Assembly (NCBI GenBank): GCA_013288105.1
Contig: JABDCM010000004.1
Span: 1 to 55,206 of the forward strand
Origin: Chlamydiota bacterium
GTDB taxonomy: Bacteria > Chlamydiota > Chlamydiia > Chlamydiales > JAAKFR01
Direction of reading: 5' to 3'
Length of the DNA: 55,206 nt
Shown: positions 29,139 through 39,332 of the stretch, piece after piece
Numbering within the stretch: position 1 is the first letter of the stretch
Layout: each line of letters starts with the position of its first letter
Notes under the pieces: model-generated
Seen by the model: the letters and a program-made list of their open reading frames with translations, nothing else
What the model was told of the DNA's origin: nothing
The model's database searches: none
Position numbers and translations under genes: made by a program

Positions 29139-30133
29139 AACCCCCCCTCACTTTTTGTTAAAATAGAGGCTCCCCAGGCAAAACCTGCTCCAAAAGCAAG
29201 GAGCATCATATTCTCCCCTGGTTTAATCTCTCTCTCGCAAATGAGCTCATCAAGGGCAATGGGAAGAGAGGAGGCTGAAGTATTTCCATATTTTGCTACC
29301 GTTTTGAATACTTTTTCCTCTGCAATCCCAAAACGCTTAGCAAGCGCATCAATGATTCTCTCATTTGCCTGATGAGGAACCAACCAATCGATCTCCTCCT
29401 CTTTCATAGAGGCTTTCTCTAAACACTCCTTGGCTGCATTCTCCATACGACGCACCGCATGTTTAAACACCTCCTTTCCACTCATAGAAATGTAATGGAG
29501 CCCCTGCTCCACTGTTTCGTGAGAGGCAGGTCGTCTACATCCTCCAGCAGGCAGCATGAGAAACTCAGCCAACTCCCCGTCAGCCCCTAGACAAATTTCT
29601 TTAATCAGGTACCCCTTCGCTTCACCACTCACCACGCAGGCAGCAGCCCCATCTCCAAATAAAACACAGGTGCCTCTATCTCGATAATTGACAATAGAGG
29701 AGAGCTTTTCAGAGGCAATCACAAGTACATTTTTGTACATGCCCGATTCAATATACCCCTTTGCTATAGACAGACCATACAGAAAGCCTGTACATGCCGC
29801 TTGGACATCAAATGCTGCTGCCTGCTGAGCGCCCAAAGCACACTGAATAAGAGCTGCGGTGCTCGGAAAGAGATAATCGGGGGTCAAAGTGGTGACGATG
29901 ATGACGTCGATCTCTGAGGCCATTTTACCAGCTGACTTAAGCGCTTTTTTGGCAGCGGCCAACCCCATATCAGAGGTAAATTCATCTTCCCTAGCAAGAC
30001 GACGTTCGCGCATCCCCGTGCGGCTTACAATCCACTCATCGGATGTTTCTACCATTTTTTCTAAATCTTGATTCGTTAGAACACGCTCTGGTAAATAGGA
30101 GCCCATTCCAATGATGTAAGCTTTTTTTTTCAA
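29135..30133 (-). CDS. fabH: Beta-ketoacyl-ACP synthase III
   Basis: AACTGF, PHQANERII and YGNTSAS motifs; probable TTG start at 30133. Confidence 0.97.
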   Translation of the reverse strand: MKKKAYIIGMGSYLPERVLTNQDLEKMVETSDEWIVSRTGMRERRLAREDEFTSDMGLAAAKKALKSAGKMASEIDVIIVTTLTPDYLFPSTAALIQCALGAQQAAAFDVQAACTGFLYGLSIAKGYIESGMYKNVLVIASEKLSSIVNYRDRGTCVLFGDGAAACVVSGEAKGYLIKEICLGADGELAEFLMLPAGGCRRPASHETVEQGLHYISMSGKEVFKHAVRRMENAAKECLEKASMKEEEIDWLVPHQANERIIDALAKRFGIAEEKVFKTVAKYGNTSASSLPIALDELICEREIKPGENMMLLAFGAGFAWGASILTKSEGGL

Positions 30134-30218
30134 ACCTGATCCTTCAAAAACATAAGAAAGAACGACTTTAGCAAAACTTAGTTTGATACTCAAACAAATT
30201 TCGTTTATTCTGAGGAGC

Positions 30219-30815
30219 GTGAACTATCCAGACCATCTACTCAAATTAATGGCCGTCCTCAGAAAACTTCCTGGCGTGGGGAGTAAAACAGCAGAACGGT
30301 TCGCCTTCCACCTGCTGAATTGGCCGGAGGGAAAATTGCAGGAAATGGGGCTCATTCTTCAAGATGTAAAAAAAAATCTAGCCTTCTGTGAAGAATGTGG
30401 AGCTCTTATTGAAAAAAATAGATGTATCTTCTGCAACTGTAATAAGAGAGATTCTAAAATCTTATGCATTATTGCCACTCCTCGCGACCTCTTTTTAGTA
30501 GAGGAAACTCGAGAATACAAGGGGCTTTATCATGTTTTAGGAGCCCTTCTTTCTCCCATTCATGATCATGGGTTTTCGACTCTCGCATTAGAAAAGCTTA
30601 AAAACAGGATCGAACGACTCTCCATTAAAGAGGTGATTATAGCTCTTGATTCGACCTTAGAGGGGGATGCAACTGCTCTTTTTTTAAAAAGAGAATTACA
30701 ACCTCTTTCGATCTCTGTCTCTAGACTTGCTTTTGGCCTTCCTATGGGAAGCTCTTTAGACCTTATTGACGGGGGAACTCTTGCGAGAGCTCTTTCTGGG
30801 CGTCGCATCCTCTAA
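30219..30815 (+). CDS. recR: Recombination mediator RecR
   Basis: LPGVGSKTAER, C4 zinc finger and TOPRIM EGDATA; GAGGAG RBS before the GTG at 30219. Confidence 0.96.
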   Translation: MNYPDHLLKLMAVLRKLPGVGSKTAERFAFHLLNWPEGKLQEMGLILQDVKKNLAFCEECGALIEKNRCIFCNCNKRDSKILCIIATPRDLFLVEETREYKGLYHVLGALLSPIHDHGFSTLALEKLKNRIERLSIKEVIIALDSTLEGDATALFLKRELQPLSISVSRLAFGLPMGSSLDLIDGGTLARALSGRRIL

Positions 30816-30828
30816 AATTGATCTTTTC

Positions 30829-30857
30829 TTGCAAATATGCTCCCCTTCGCATACCAT
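30829..30857 (+). promoter_or_regulatory. Sigma66-type promoter of bamA-skp-lpxD
   Basis: TTGCAA-N17-TACCAT. Confidence 0.55.
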
Positions 30858-30894
30858 CTCCCTTCTTTTATAAACTGAAGATCATCTCGCCTTT

Positions 30895-33252
30895 ATGAAA
30901 TATGCCCTTTTGTTCTGCTTTCTTTCTTTTTTTCTATTATCTTCCCATTTGAAAGCTGACTCTTATGAGAGTATGCGTATTGCACGCATTGAAATCACTC
31001 CACAAAATGTCCCCGCCGATTCCTCATTTAACGCTCAGGCAGTTCGCGCGCGTATGAACACAAAAGTAGGAAGCCTCTTTTCACAAAATGATCTTGATTG
31101 CGATCTAAAAATGTTAACAGATGAATATGAACAGGTAGAACCTGATATCGAAGTCATCAATAATGAAATTCACATTACTTTGTCCATTTGGCTAAAAGCA
31201 ACCATTCGCAAGATTGAATTCTGTGGTAACCAACTGGTCTCCTCTAAAAAATTAAAGAAAACTCTTGAAATTGAAGCTGGAGCTACTTTCGACCGGGAAA
31301 AATTCATCGAACAGTTCAATAAACTAAAAATCGTCTATTTCAAAAAGGGATTTTTCGAAGCACATTTAGATTATCATATTCAACCCATTGAAGGTTGCAA
31401 TCAGGTCGATATCACCATCTCTATTCTTGAGGGGCGCTCAGGAAGAATCCGCAAAATTTGCTTCCAAGGGCTAGATCCTTGTGATGAGGAGGCCCTTTTA
31501 GAATGTATGATCACTCAAAACTACCATTTTTTATTTAGCTGGTTCAATGGGAAAGGGATTTATCATCCTGACATGATTGAGCATGATAGAATTCAGATTG
31601 TCAATTATTTACAAAATAAGGGATTTGCTGATGCAGTTGTAGACCTTTGTATCGAAGAGATTTCTTGCGATTGCATCCAGCTTGTCATCTCCGTGGATAA
31701 GGGGATCTGCTATCAAATTGGTCAGATCTGTTTTTCTGGCAATACTCTGTTTTCTGATGAGCAGATCTGGAATGCATTCACCTTTAAGGAGAGATGGGTC
31801 TATTCTCCCGAACGTATCCGTAGCACAGCAAAAGCTATCAATGATCTCTATGGAAGTTGCGGCTATATCGATGCAGGGATCGATATCCAACTCTCTTTAA
31901 GAGAAAATTGTCCCATCTATGACGTTCAAGTGATCATTGATGAGGGAAAGCAGTACTATGTGGGACTCATCAAAGTTTTTGGAAATCAATGCACGAAAGT
32001 AGGCACGGTCCTCCATGAAAGTCTTTTATGTCCTGGGGATGTCTTTAATAGTAAAAGACTAGAAGGTACTGAAAAAAGGCTCGTTCATACAGGTCTTTTT
32101 GACACTGTCAATGTCTATGCTGTTCAATCGCAGCTTGAGGAAGAAGCAGAAAATTGCATGTTCCGAGATATTTTTATTGAGGTTCAGGAGGGGGATACAG
32201 GAAATGTAGGCCTTTTCTTTGGTTTTAGCTCCATTGATCAGTTATTCGGCGGGGTGGAGGTCACCGAGAGAAATTTTAATATTGCGGGGGTCACTCAGCT
32301 CTTTCAAAAAGGGCCCAGGGTCTTACGAGGAGGGGGAGAGTATGCCCACGCCAAAGTGAATATTGGGGATCGCGTAACCTCCTATATCTTCCAATGGACA
32401 AAGCCCTACTTCCTAGATACCCCCTGGATAGTGGGTTTTGATCTAGAAAAAGCAGATAATAGAGCCCTTTCTCGTGCCTACGAACTCAAAACTTATGGGG
32501 GTAACATCCATGCTACCTACATTTGTAACGAGTATTTAAAACATGCTTTAACCTATCGACTGTTACATACCAATGTGAGTGTTTCTGGCCAGCAAACGGC
32601 AGCTTTAGATCAAGCAGCTCAAAAAACAGGGTGCATCTCAGCTGCGGGGACCTCCTTCAACTATGATTCCACAGATCACCCAAGACGACCCACTAATGGA
32701 TTCCGCTCCCGTCTTCTCTACGAACTTGCAGGTTTAGGGGGTAACTATCAGTTCATGAAGTTTGCATATCTCAATACCTATTATTATCCGGTGAGTAAAA
32801 AAAGCGTCCTCAAATTCCGCGCTGATATCCAATTTATCAAAACCTATGGAACAACAACCGCTAATGACCTCCCCTTGAGTGAACGGCTCTATTTAGGGGG
32901 GGAAACCACTGTCAGAGGTTACCGAAATTACATCATAGGACCCAAATTTGCGAATAATGAGCCTGCAGGGGGGCTTTCTTCCCTTTTACTTTCTGAAGAA
33001 TATCAGTATAATCTGCTCAAAAACCCCTGTTTGGATGCCTTTGCCTTCGTCGATGCAGGAGCCGTCTCTAAACGTGAGTTCTATATTTCCTCGCTGGCTG
33101 CTACTGTCGGGTTTGGAATTAGAATAGAGATTATGCGTAATATGCCTATTATGTTAGGCTTAGGTTGGCCCATACATCCTGTAGAGTATGTCAATGGGAA
33201 TAGAGTAGATAATACCCAGCGCTTCTTCTTTGCAATGGGGGGAAATTTTTAA
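30895..33252 (+). CDS. bamA: Outer membrane protein assembly factor BamA (Omp85)
   Basis: Signal peptide, POTRA repeats, LGGETTVRGY and C-terminal F. Confidence 0.96.
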   Translation: MKYALLFCFLSFFLLSSHLKADSYESMRIARIEITPQNVPADSSFNAQAVRARMNTKVGSLFSQNDLDCDLKMLTDEYEQVEPDIEVINNEIHITLSIWLKATIRKIEFCGNQLVSSKKLKKTLEIEAGATFDREKFIEQFNKLKIVYFKKGFFEAHLDYHIQPIEGCNQVDITISILEGRSGRIRKICFQGLDPCDEEALLECMITQNYHFLFSWFNGKGIYHPDMIEHDRIQIVNYLQNKGFADAVVDLCIEEISCDCIQLVISVDKGICYQIGQICFSGNTLFSDEQIWNAFTFKERWVYSPERIRSTAKAINDLYGSCGYIDAGIDIQLSLRENCPIYDVQVIIDEGKQYYVGLIKVFGNQCTKVGTVLHESLLCPGDVFNSKRLEGTEKRLVHTGLFDTVNVYAVQSQLEEEAENCMFRDIFIEVQEGDTGNVGLFFGFSSIDQLFGGVEVTERNFNIAGVTQLFQKGPRVLRGGGEYAHAKVNIGDRVTSYIFQWTKPYFLDTPWIVGFDLEKADNRALSRAYELKTYGGNIHATYICNEYLKHALTYRLLHTNVSVSGQQTAALDQAAQKTGCISAAGTSFNYDSTDHPRRPTNGFRSRLLYELAGLGGNYQFMKFAYLNTYYYPVSKKSVLKFRADIQFIKTYGTTTANDLPLSERLYLGGETTVRGYRNYIIGPKFANNEPAGGLSSLLLSEEYQYNLLKNPCLDAFAFVDAGAVSKREFYISSLAATVGFGIRIEIMRNMPIMLGLGWPIHPVEYVNGNRVDNTQRFFFAMGGNF

Positions 33253-33269
33253 TTGAATAGGGAGAAATC

Positions 33270-33818
33270 ATGAAAAAAAACTTTTTATACATAAGTCTAT
33301 TAACAGTCGGAGCTCTTACGCTCAGCACTCTTTCTGCAGCTGAAGAGAGTTTAGGATTTGTTAATTTTAAAAAATGTGTTGAACATTCTAAAGCTGGGCA
33401 GCAGGAAAAGAATAGTTTTGAAGCGATGAAAAAGCAGATGACAGAGGTATTAGAAAAGAGTGATAAGGAGCTTTCTGATATTGCGAAGAAATTAGAAGAT
33501 CAGGAATACATGGATGGGCTTTCTCCTACAGCGGAGGAGGAACTCAAGCAGAAGTTTCAAGTATTGAGTCAAGAGATGAGCCGCTATCAAACACAATATT
33601 ATCAACTTTTGAATCAAGCCAATTACAGAATGTTACAGACTTTGCACGATAAAGTAAGTTCAGCTGCTGAAACAGTACGTGAGAAAAATCACTTAGCACT
33701 GATTATCAGCGAGGACTCCACATTTGCCTATGCTCCTACTCTTGATTTCACACAAGAGGTGATTAAGGCATTGGATGGAGCTTTTGAAGCTGAAAAAGGG
33801 GCGAAAGAAAATGGCTGA
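33270..33818 (+). CDS. skp: OmpH/Skp periplasmic chaperone
   Basis: Signal peptide, GFVN...SKAG, coiled coil and DFTQEVI; lies between bamA and lpxD. Confidence 0.92.
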   Translation: MKKNFLYISLLTVGALTLSTLSAAEESLGFVNFKKCVEHSKAGQQEKNSFEAMKKQMTEVLEKSDKELSDIAKKLEDQEYMDGLSPTAEEELKQKFQVLSQEMSRYQTQYYQLLNQANYRMLQTLHDKVSSAAETVREKNHLALIISEDSTFAYAPTLDFTQEVIKALDGAFEAEKGAKENG

Positions 33819-34902
33819 AAAGAAGCTCTATTCTCTGGGAGAACTTGCGACACTCACCGCATCTCAGCTAATGGGGGATCCCCAATATCTGATTCATGGG
33901 GTGGAGGATTTAGAGCAAGCGGGACCGGAGGAGATTGCTTTTTTAGACAATCCTCGTTACGAGAAGCAGCTTTTTTCATCTAAAGCAGGAGCTGTGATTG
34001 TTCCTTCCAACCAAACGCCCCTTCCAACGGGGCGTTTTTTGCTTTTGAATAAATTCCCCTCTTTTGCTTTTCAGCAGATTCTCTCCCTGTTTATAACAGC
34101 TCCCCCTTCCGGTTTTTTAGGGATTCATCCGACTGCCATTATTCATCCAGAAGCAGTCCTGGATCAAAATGTAGAGGTCGGCCCCTATTCTGTCATTGAC
34201 CGGGGAGCGAAAATTAGAGAAGGAACCCGCATAGGTGCCTCTGTATTTATAGGAGCGGAGGCTCTTTTAGGGAAAGGGTGTGTTATCCATGCTCATGTCA
34301 CGATTCGAGAGGGATGTGAACTTGGGAATCGTGTCATTATTCAACCGGGAGCTGTCATCGGTTCCTGTGGATTTGGATATTTCACTGATGATAAGGGAAT
34401 CCATCACCCTCTGAAGCAACTTGGAAAAGTTGTGCTGGAAGATGATGTAGAAATAGGTGCTAATACAACCATCGATCGTGCCCGTTTTAAAACGACCTAC
34501 ATTGGAGCTGGAACGAAAATTGATAATCTCGTGCAAATCGCCCATCAGGTCTCTCTTGGGGAGCATAATCTCATCGTCTCTCAAGTGGGCATAGCTGGAT
34601 CCACTAAGACAGGCCACCATGTGATTATGGGGGGACAAGTAGGAGTTGTGGGCCATCTCCACATTACAGACCAGGTCATGCTAGCTGCTAGAAGTGCGGT
34701 CAGTAAATCCATTGAAAAGAGTGGTATTTATAGTGGCGCCCCCGCCATTCCCATCAAAGAATTTAACGAACAGTTCGTTAAACTCAAAAATATTAGTAAA
34801 TGGATGGACAGGCTAAAAGCGCTCGAAGAGCGCCTCTCCTCTCTTGAAAAAACGGCTCTTAAAGATCAAAAAAGTGCGCCTTCAGAGAAAGAAGCTTTTT
34901 GA
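33811..34902 (+). CDS. lpxD: UDP-3-O-acylglucosamine N-acyltransferase
   Basis: Hexapeptide repeats; GFGY, DDVEIGANTTIDR and KIDNLVQIAH motifs. Confidence 0.97.
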   Translation: MAEKKLYSLGELATLTASQLMGDPQYLIHGVEDLEQAGPEEIAFLDNPRYEKQLFSSKAGAVIVPSNQTPLPTGRFLLLNKFPSFAFQQILSLFITAPPSGFLGIHPTAIIHPEAVLDQNVEVGPYSVIDRGAKIREGTRIGASVFIGAEALLGKGCVIHAHVTIREGCELGNRVIIQPGAVIGSCGFGYFTDDKGIHHPLKQLGKVVLEDDVEIGANTTIDRARFKTTYIGAGTKIDNLVQIAHQVSLGEHNLIVSQVGIAGSTKTGHHVIMGGQVGVVGHLHITDQVMLAARSAVSKSIEKSGIYSGAPAIPIKEFNEQFVKLKNISKWMDRLKALEERLSSLEKTALKDQKSAPSEKEAF

Positions 34903-35704
34903 CGCGTCGATCAATGGAGTCTATAGAAATTTTCCCAGAACGCACCCTTTGTGCAAGCTGCAAAATCGTCTCACTCACATGGGATTTAACAATAAAAGCC
35001 TCTCCCTGAAAATCTAAATGCTCTATCTGACACTCTGAAAAATAAAGTGACCCCATTCCAATCGTAGCATGATTCACCCCCTTTCTACCGACAATCCCTC
35101 CTGCTGCTCGAATCCCCTTGCGAAAAGATTTAGCCTCCTGACTCTCCTCATTCTCGCTAAATTGTATATGGACACCAGCTCGGCGATTGACCTCCATAAC
35201 CCCCATTCCCTGTGAATCAAAATTAAAATCCTCATCCCCTCTAACAAAGGAATTAAGCCCATACTCATAGCTCCTGGCGATTAATAGGGGCGTTTTTGAA
35301 ACAGCTTGAAATCTCTCAATCAAATATTTTTCACGCAGAGGATCCCCTCCTCGTATGATAATACCCCCGATGCGCCATGTCTGAATCAGAAGCTCTATTT
35401 CTAACTGCGCCTGTGCATCATAAATAGCCTCTATTTCTAAGAAGATCAGCTGACCAATTTTTTCCTCTAAAGTCGTGAGCTCTAAGAATTTTTTTAAAAC
35501 CTGACTTGAATGTCCATGATCTTCAAAAATGGTCTTTCTTTCGATAGTTGCTGAGGAGGCTTTAGGCTCTATAGGAATTTTTTCATTGGATTCTCTCCAC
35601 ATGCGCCCAAATTTCTTCTTTTTTTCATCTCGAGGATCTCTGGGGTCTTTTTGTACAGGATCTAACCTATTAATATTTTGTCCGAAGTGCGGCCCGTAAA
35701 CCAT
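34859..35704 (-). CDS. Degenerate glycoside hydrolase family 3 N-domain-like protein
   Basis: TLEEKIGQL, IGGIII, SKTPLLIA..YEYG and VRSGKISIDSIDRRVKKLLSLK are present; catalytic KHF/TD motifs are not visible. Confidence 0.6.
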   Translation of the reverse strand: MVYGPHFGQNINRLDPVQKDPRDPRDEKKKKFGRMWRESNEKIPIEPKASSATIERKTIFEDHGHSSQVLKKFLELTTLEEKIGQLIFLEIEAIYDAQAQLEIELLIQTWRIGGIIIRGGDPLREKYLIERFQAVSKTPLLIARSYEYGLNSFVRGDEDFNFDSQGMGVMEVNRRAGVHIQFSENEESQEAKSFRKGIRAAGGIVGRKGVNHATIGMGSLYFSECQIEHLDFQGEAFIVKSHVSETILQLAQRVRSGKISIDSIDRRVKKLLSLKAHFFDL

Positions 35705-35722
35705 ATATTTTCCTTTTCTTCC

Positions 35723-35755
35723 ATTTTACCATATAAAAATTAAGATAATATTAAG
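35723..35755 (-). promoter_or_regulatory. Direct-repeat box plus -10 element (PmrA/OmpR-like geometry)
   Basis: cTTAAT-ATTATC-TTAAT-N10-TAAAAT. Confidence 0.5.
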
Positions 35756-35878
35756 GCGCAAAATGATGGTAAAGTTATTGTTAAGCTATTATGGCTTATG
35801 TATTTAAAAATGTACTTTATATAAATTGTTTGTTAAGAAATACTTTAGGTGCTATTAACAAAATTTAAAGGGTAGGTC

Positions 35879-37225
35879 ATGAGTATTTTTCTAAGAACAG
35901 AGCAGAGATTACCTCAGATGGTATGGGGAGCAGGAAAAGTGGTACGTAGCCACTCCACTGCTCTGACTAAAACGCAACAAGTTGTTTCTGCACACAGACC
36001 TTGGTCTGGTAATATTTCTAGCTGTCGTTATGCGAGTGGAAGGGCTCTCAGTGCGCTCGCTGCTTGGATGGATAGACGTCAAGCACAATTAAAAGTAGCA
36101 AAAACGACGACGACGCCTCGCGGTCAGGTTGTGGACTGGGTTCCGATAGAATCCCAAACAAGCGGTGAGATCGCCTCTCCTCCTTCTGATAGCAAGAAAA
36201 CTGATACATCTGATCCTAAAAGAGCCTCCAAGCGCGCCCGTTTTGATATTGGCGAGCCCGGTCCAAAAGGGCATGTTCCCGTTTTACGTCCAGATCTATC
36301 TACTCTTTCTATTGCCCATGTAAAGAGCGCAAAAGAGGGGGGTCGTCTCGTCAATATACATCGATCCACAAGAAGGGAGGGAAGGATTGACTCCGCTCCT
36401 CCTAATCCCCAAGGCTATTTTCATGCGACCAGCTCACAAACGGTACAAGCCTATGGTTGCGAAGGTCTGTTAAACCTATGGAATCCTCAAATCAATACCC
36501 CTTCAGGGAATGGTAGTGATCACTCGATTTCACAAACCTGGCTGCAAAATTATCAAACAACGAAAACCCATTCTGTCGAAGCGGGATTGACCGTTGATAA
36601 GAGCCTGAACGGGGACGATTCTGCTCACCTCTTTATCTATTTTACCACGAATGGTTATGGGGGAGATGGAGATAACATCGGGGGTTATAACCAATTACAC
36701 AAGGGGTGGGTGCAGACACATCCGACTATTTTCCCTGGTACCGGCTTTAACGGCATCAGTAGTGATGGTAGTACACAACATGAGATAGGAATTAAGTTTC
36801 AGCTTTATCAAAGCAATTGGTGGTTCGGTATCGAAGATGCTGATTCGGGACCCTCTTGGAGTTGGCTGGGCTACTATCCAGGTACTTTATTTAAGAAGGG
36901 TCTTGACACCGTTGCTCAATGGGTAAGTTTTGGGGGTGAGGTTTTCTCTGCCCTTGCCAATCCCTGCTCTACAAAGGATCAGATGGGTAGCGGACGTCAA
37001 GCGGCCAGCGGATGGACTCATGCAGCTTACCAAAGAAATTTGCGGATACAAACAAATACGACAACTACACTGGAGGAAACAGTTACATTAGTAAACTTTA
37101 ATGGCGTCGCAGGAGTAGATGCAGCAGCGACAACATGCACATCCAACCCCTATACTATTCAAACTACAATGAATAATACCGGAAGCTGGGGTAGCTTCCA
37201 ATATTTTGGCGGACCTACAAAATAA
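35879..37225 (+). CDS. Neprosin-family (DUF239, glutamic peptidase) protein
   Basis: VDWVPIESQ propeptide; SISQTWL, SVEAG, HLFIYFTTNGY, NWW, WLGYYP, FGGEV and QMGSG motifs. Confidence 0.85.
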   Translation: MSIFLRTEQRLPQMVWGAGKVVRSHSTALTKTQQVVSAHRPWSGNISSCRYASGRALSALAAWMDRRQAQLKVAKTTTTPRGQVVDWVPIESQTSGEIASPPSDSKKTDTSDPKRASKRARFDIGEPGPKGHVPVLRPDLSTLSIAHVKSAKEGGRLVNIHRSTRREGRIDSAPPNPQGYFHATSSQTVQAYGCEGLLNLWNPQINTPSGNGSDHSISQTWLQNYQTTKTHSVEAGLTVDKSLNGDDSAHLFIYFTTNGYGGDGDNIGGYNQLHKGWVQTHPTIFPGTGFNGISSDGSTQHEIGIKFQLYQSNWWFGIEDADSGPSWSWLGYYPGTLFKKGLDTVAQWVSFGGEVFSALANPCSTKDQMGSGRQAASGWTHAAYQRNLRIQTNTTTTLEETVTLVNFNGVAGVDAAATTCTSNPYTIQTTMNNTGSWGSFQYFGGPTK

Positions 37226-37247
37226 GAACACACCACCCATATTAAAA

Positions 37248-37271
37248 GATACGCCTGGTCTCAGGCGTATC
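37248..37271 (+). terminator. Terminator-like hairpin
   Basis: GATACGCCTG-GTCT-CAGGCGTATC. Confidence 0.65.
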
Positions 37272-37323
37272 CTACTTGAATTTTTCTGTGGATAATCGTT
37301 AGAGTAAATTCACGGTTTACAAA

Positions 37324-38346
37324 ATGACAAATCCCTATTTTTCTCCACATTCTACCCCCTCACCTGAAAGAGAATCCCTTTTTATTAAACGGGAGGGCAA
37401 AGAAAAACTGCTCACAGCTCTCCGACAGATGTTACTGATTCGCCATTTCGAAATACGAGGTGAATCTGCCTATCAACATGGGCTTGTAGGGGGGTTTTAC
37501 CACTCCTATATAGGTCAGGAGGCAATCGCCGTCTCCGCAATTCAAGCTTTTGGTACAGAAAATTGGTATAGCACTACCTACAGATGTCATGCACATGCTC
37601 TCCTTTTAGGGGCAACCGCTGAAGAGTTGATGGCGGAACTTTATGGCAAAGCAACAGGTAATGCTAAAGGACGTGGAGGGTCTATGCACCTCTACACAGA
37701 CCATCTTCTAGGCGGATTTGGAATTGTAGGCGGTCATCTTCCTATCGCTTTAGGTGCTGCATTTTCTCTAAAATACCTCAAGAAAAGGGGGGCCTCCATC
37801 TGTTTTCTCGGAGAGGGGGCGTGTGCTCAAGGCGCCTACCATGAAACTTTGAATCTCGCCTCCCTATGGAAACTTCCTCTTATTATCATCATCGAGAATA
37901 ATCAATGGGGAATGGGAACCCATGTCAGCCGCGCTCTTGCTACAGATAAAATAGCAGAAAAACAGGCTCCTGCTTATGGTATCAAGGGATATACTCTCGA
38001 CGGAATGGATTATTTCAACTGTTTCGAAGGCTTCTCTCATATCTATAAGGAGGTTCTAGAAACAGGTAAGCCTATCCTTGTGGAATGTGTGTGCGAAAGA
38101 TTTAAAGGGCACTCTATTTCTGATCCCGCCTCCTATCGAGGGAAAGAGGCCCTTCAGGCCCTTCTACAAAGAGATCCCCTTCTCCATTTAAAAGAGGTGT
38201 TAGAAAAAAATAACCTCCTCAATGAGGCTGAGTTCAAAAAAATAGATCAGCACATCAAACAGGAAATACTGGATGCTATGAAAACTGCAGAAAATAGTCC
38301 ATGGCCCTCGCTTGCCACTTTGGAAGAGGGGGTCTATGCCCCCTGA
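37324..38346 (+). CDS. pdhA: Pyruvate dehydrogenase E1 alpha
   Basis: GFYHSYIGQEA, GRGGSMH, GEGA...ENN TPP motif and GHSISDP. Confidence 0.96.
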   Translation: MTNPYFSPHSTPSPERESLFIKREGKEKLLTALRQMLLIRHFEIRGESAYQHGLVGGFYHSYIGQEAIAVSAIQAFGTENWYSTTYRCHAHALLLGATAEELMAELYGKATGNAKGRGGSMHLYTDHLLGGFGIVGGHLPIALGAAFSLKYLKKRGASICFLGEGACAQGAYHETLNLASLWKLPLIIIIENNQWGMGTHVSRALATDKIAEKQAPAYGIKGYTLDGMDYFNCFEGFSHIYKEVLETGKPILVECVCERFKGHSISDPASYRGKEALQALLQRDPLLHLKEVLEKNNLLNEAEFKKIDQHIKQEILDAMKTAENSPWPSLATLEEGVYAP

Positions 38347-39322
38347 GATGCAGTTGGTAGAAATGCGAGAGGCGCTCAAACAAGCAATTGATGAGGAGAT
38401 GGAACGAGATCCTACGGTCTTCGTTTTAGGAGAAGAGGTCGCTGAATACCAGGGGGCCTATAAGGTCACCAAAGGACTTCTTGAAAAGTGGGGCCCCTCA
38501 CGTATTTTAGATACCCCTATTTCTGAACTGGGCTTTACGGGACTGGGGATTGGTGCGGCCATGACAGGGCTTCGTCCCATTGTTGAGTTCATGAGCTGGA
38601 ATTTCTCTTTTGTAGCAGCAGATCAGATCATCTCCAATGCTGCTAAAATCCATTATATGTCGGGCGGTCGTTTCCATGTCCCCATCGTTTTCAGAGGTCC
38701 CAATGGAGCTGCAGCGCAAGTTTCCTGTCAACACTCCCACTCTGTAGAAGCTCTCTACAGCAATCTTCCAGGACTCCTCATCGTGGCCCCTAGTAATCCC
38801 TATGATGCTAAAGGACTGCTTAAATCAGCGATCCGTAATAATAACCCTGTTCTTTTCCTCGAAAATGAACTGAGCTATGGAATGAAAATGGAGATTCCTA
38901 AAGAGGAATATCTGATTCCTATAGGAAAAGCGCGCGTCGTCCATGAGGGAAAAGAGCTCACCCTGATTTCCCATAGTCGTATGGTCACGGTTTGTCAACA
39001 GGCGGTTGAAGAGGCAAAAAAAGAGGGGCTCTCCATAGAACTTGTAGACTTACGCACCATTAAGCCACTAGATATTGCCACTATTTTGAAATCGATTCAA
39101 AAAACACACCATGTGGTCATTGTTGAGGAGGGGCACCAGTTTGCCGGCATTGCAGCTGAAATCTGCTTTCAAATTAACCAGTTTGCTTTTGATTATCTCG
39201 ATGCGCCCATTGCGCGCATCTGTCAAAGAGAAACTCCCCTGCCCTATTCTAAACCCCTAGAAGCAGAAACGCTTCCAAATGTTTCACGCATTTTACAAGC
39301 GATTAAAACAACACTAAATTGA
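38336..39322 (+). CDS. pdhB: Pyruvate dehydrogenase E1 beta
   Basis: DTPISELGF, FRGPNGAAAQVSCQHS and VDLRTIKPLD motifs. Confidence 0.96.
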   Translation: MPPEMQLVEMREALKQAIDEEMERDPTVFVLGEEVAEYQGAYKVTKGLLEKWGPSRILDTPISELGFTGLGIGAAMTGLRPIVEFMSWNFSFVAADQIISNAAKIHYMSGGRFHVPIVFRGPNGAAAQVSCQHSHSVEALYSNLPGLLIVAPSNPYDAKGLLKSAIRNNNPVLFLENELSYGMKMEIPKEEYLIPIGKARVVHEGKELTLISHSRMVTVCQQAVEEAKKEGLSIELVDLRTIKPLDIATILKSIQKTHHVVIVEEGHQFAGIAAEICFQINQFAFDYLDAPIARICQRETPLPYSKPLEAETLPNVSRILQAIKTTLN

Positions 39323-39332
39323 GAGGGACACT

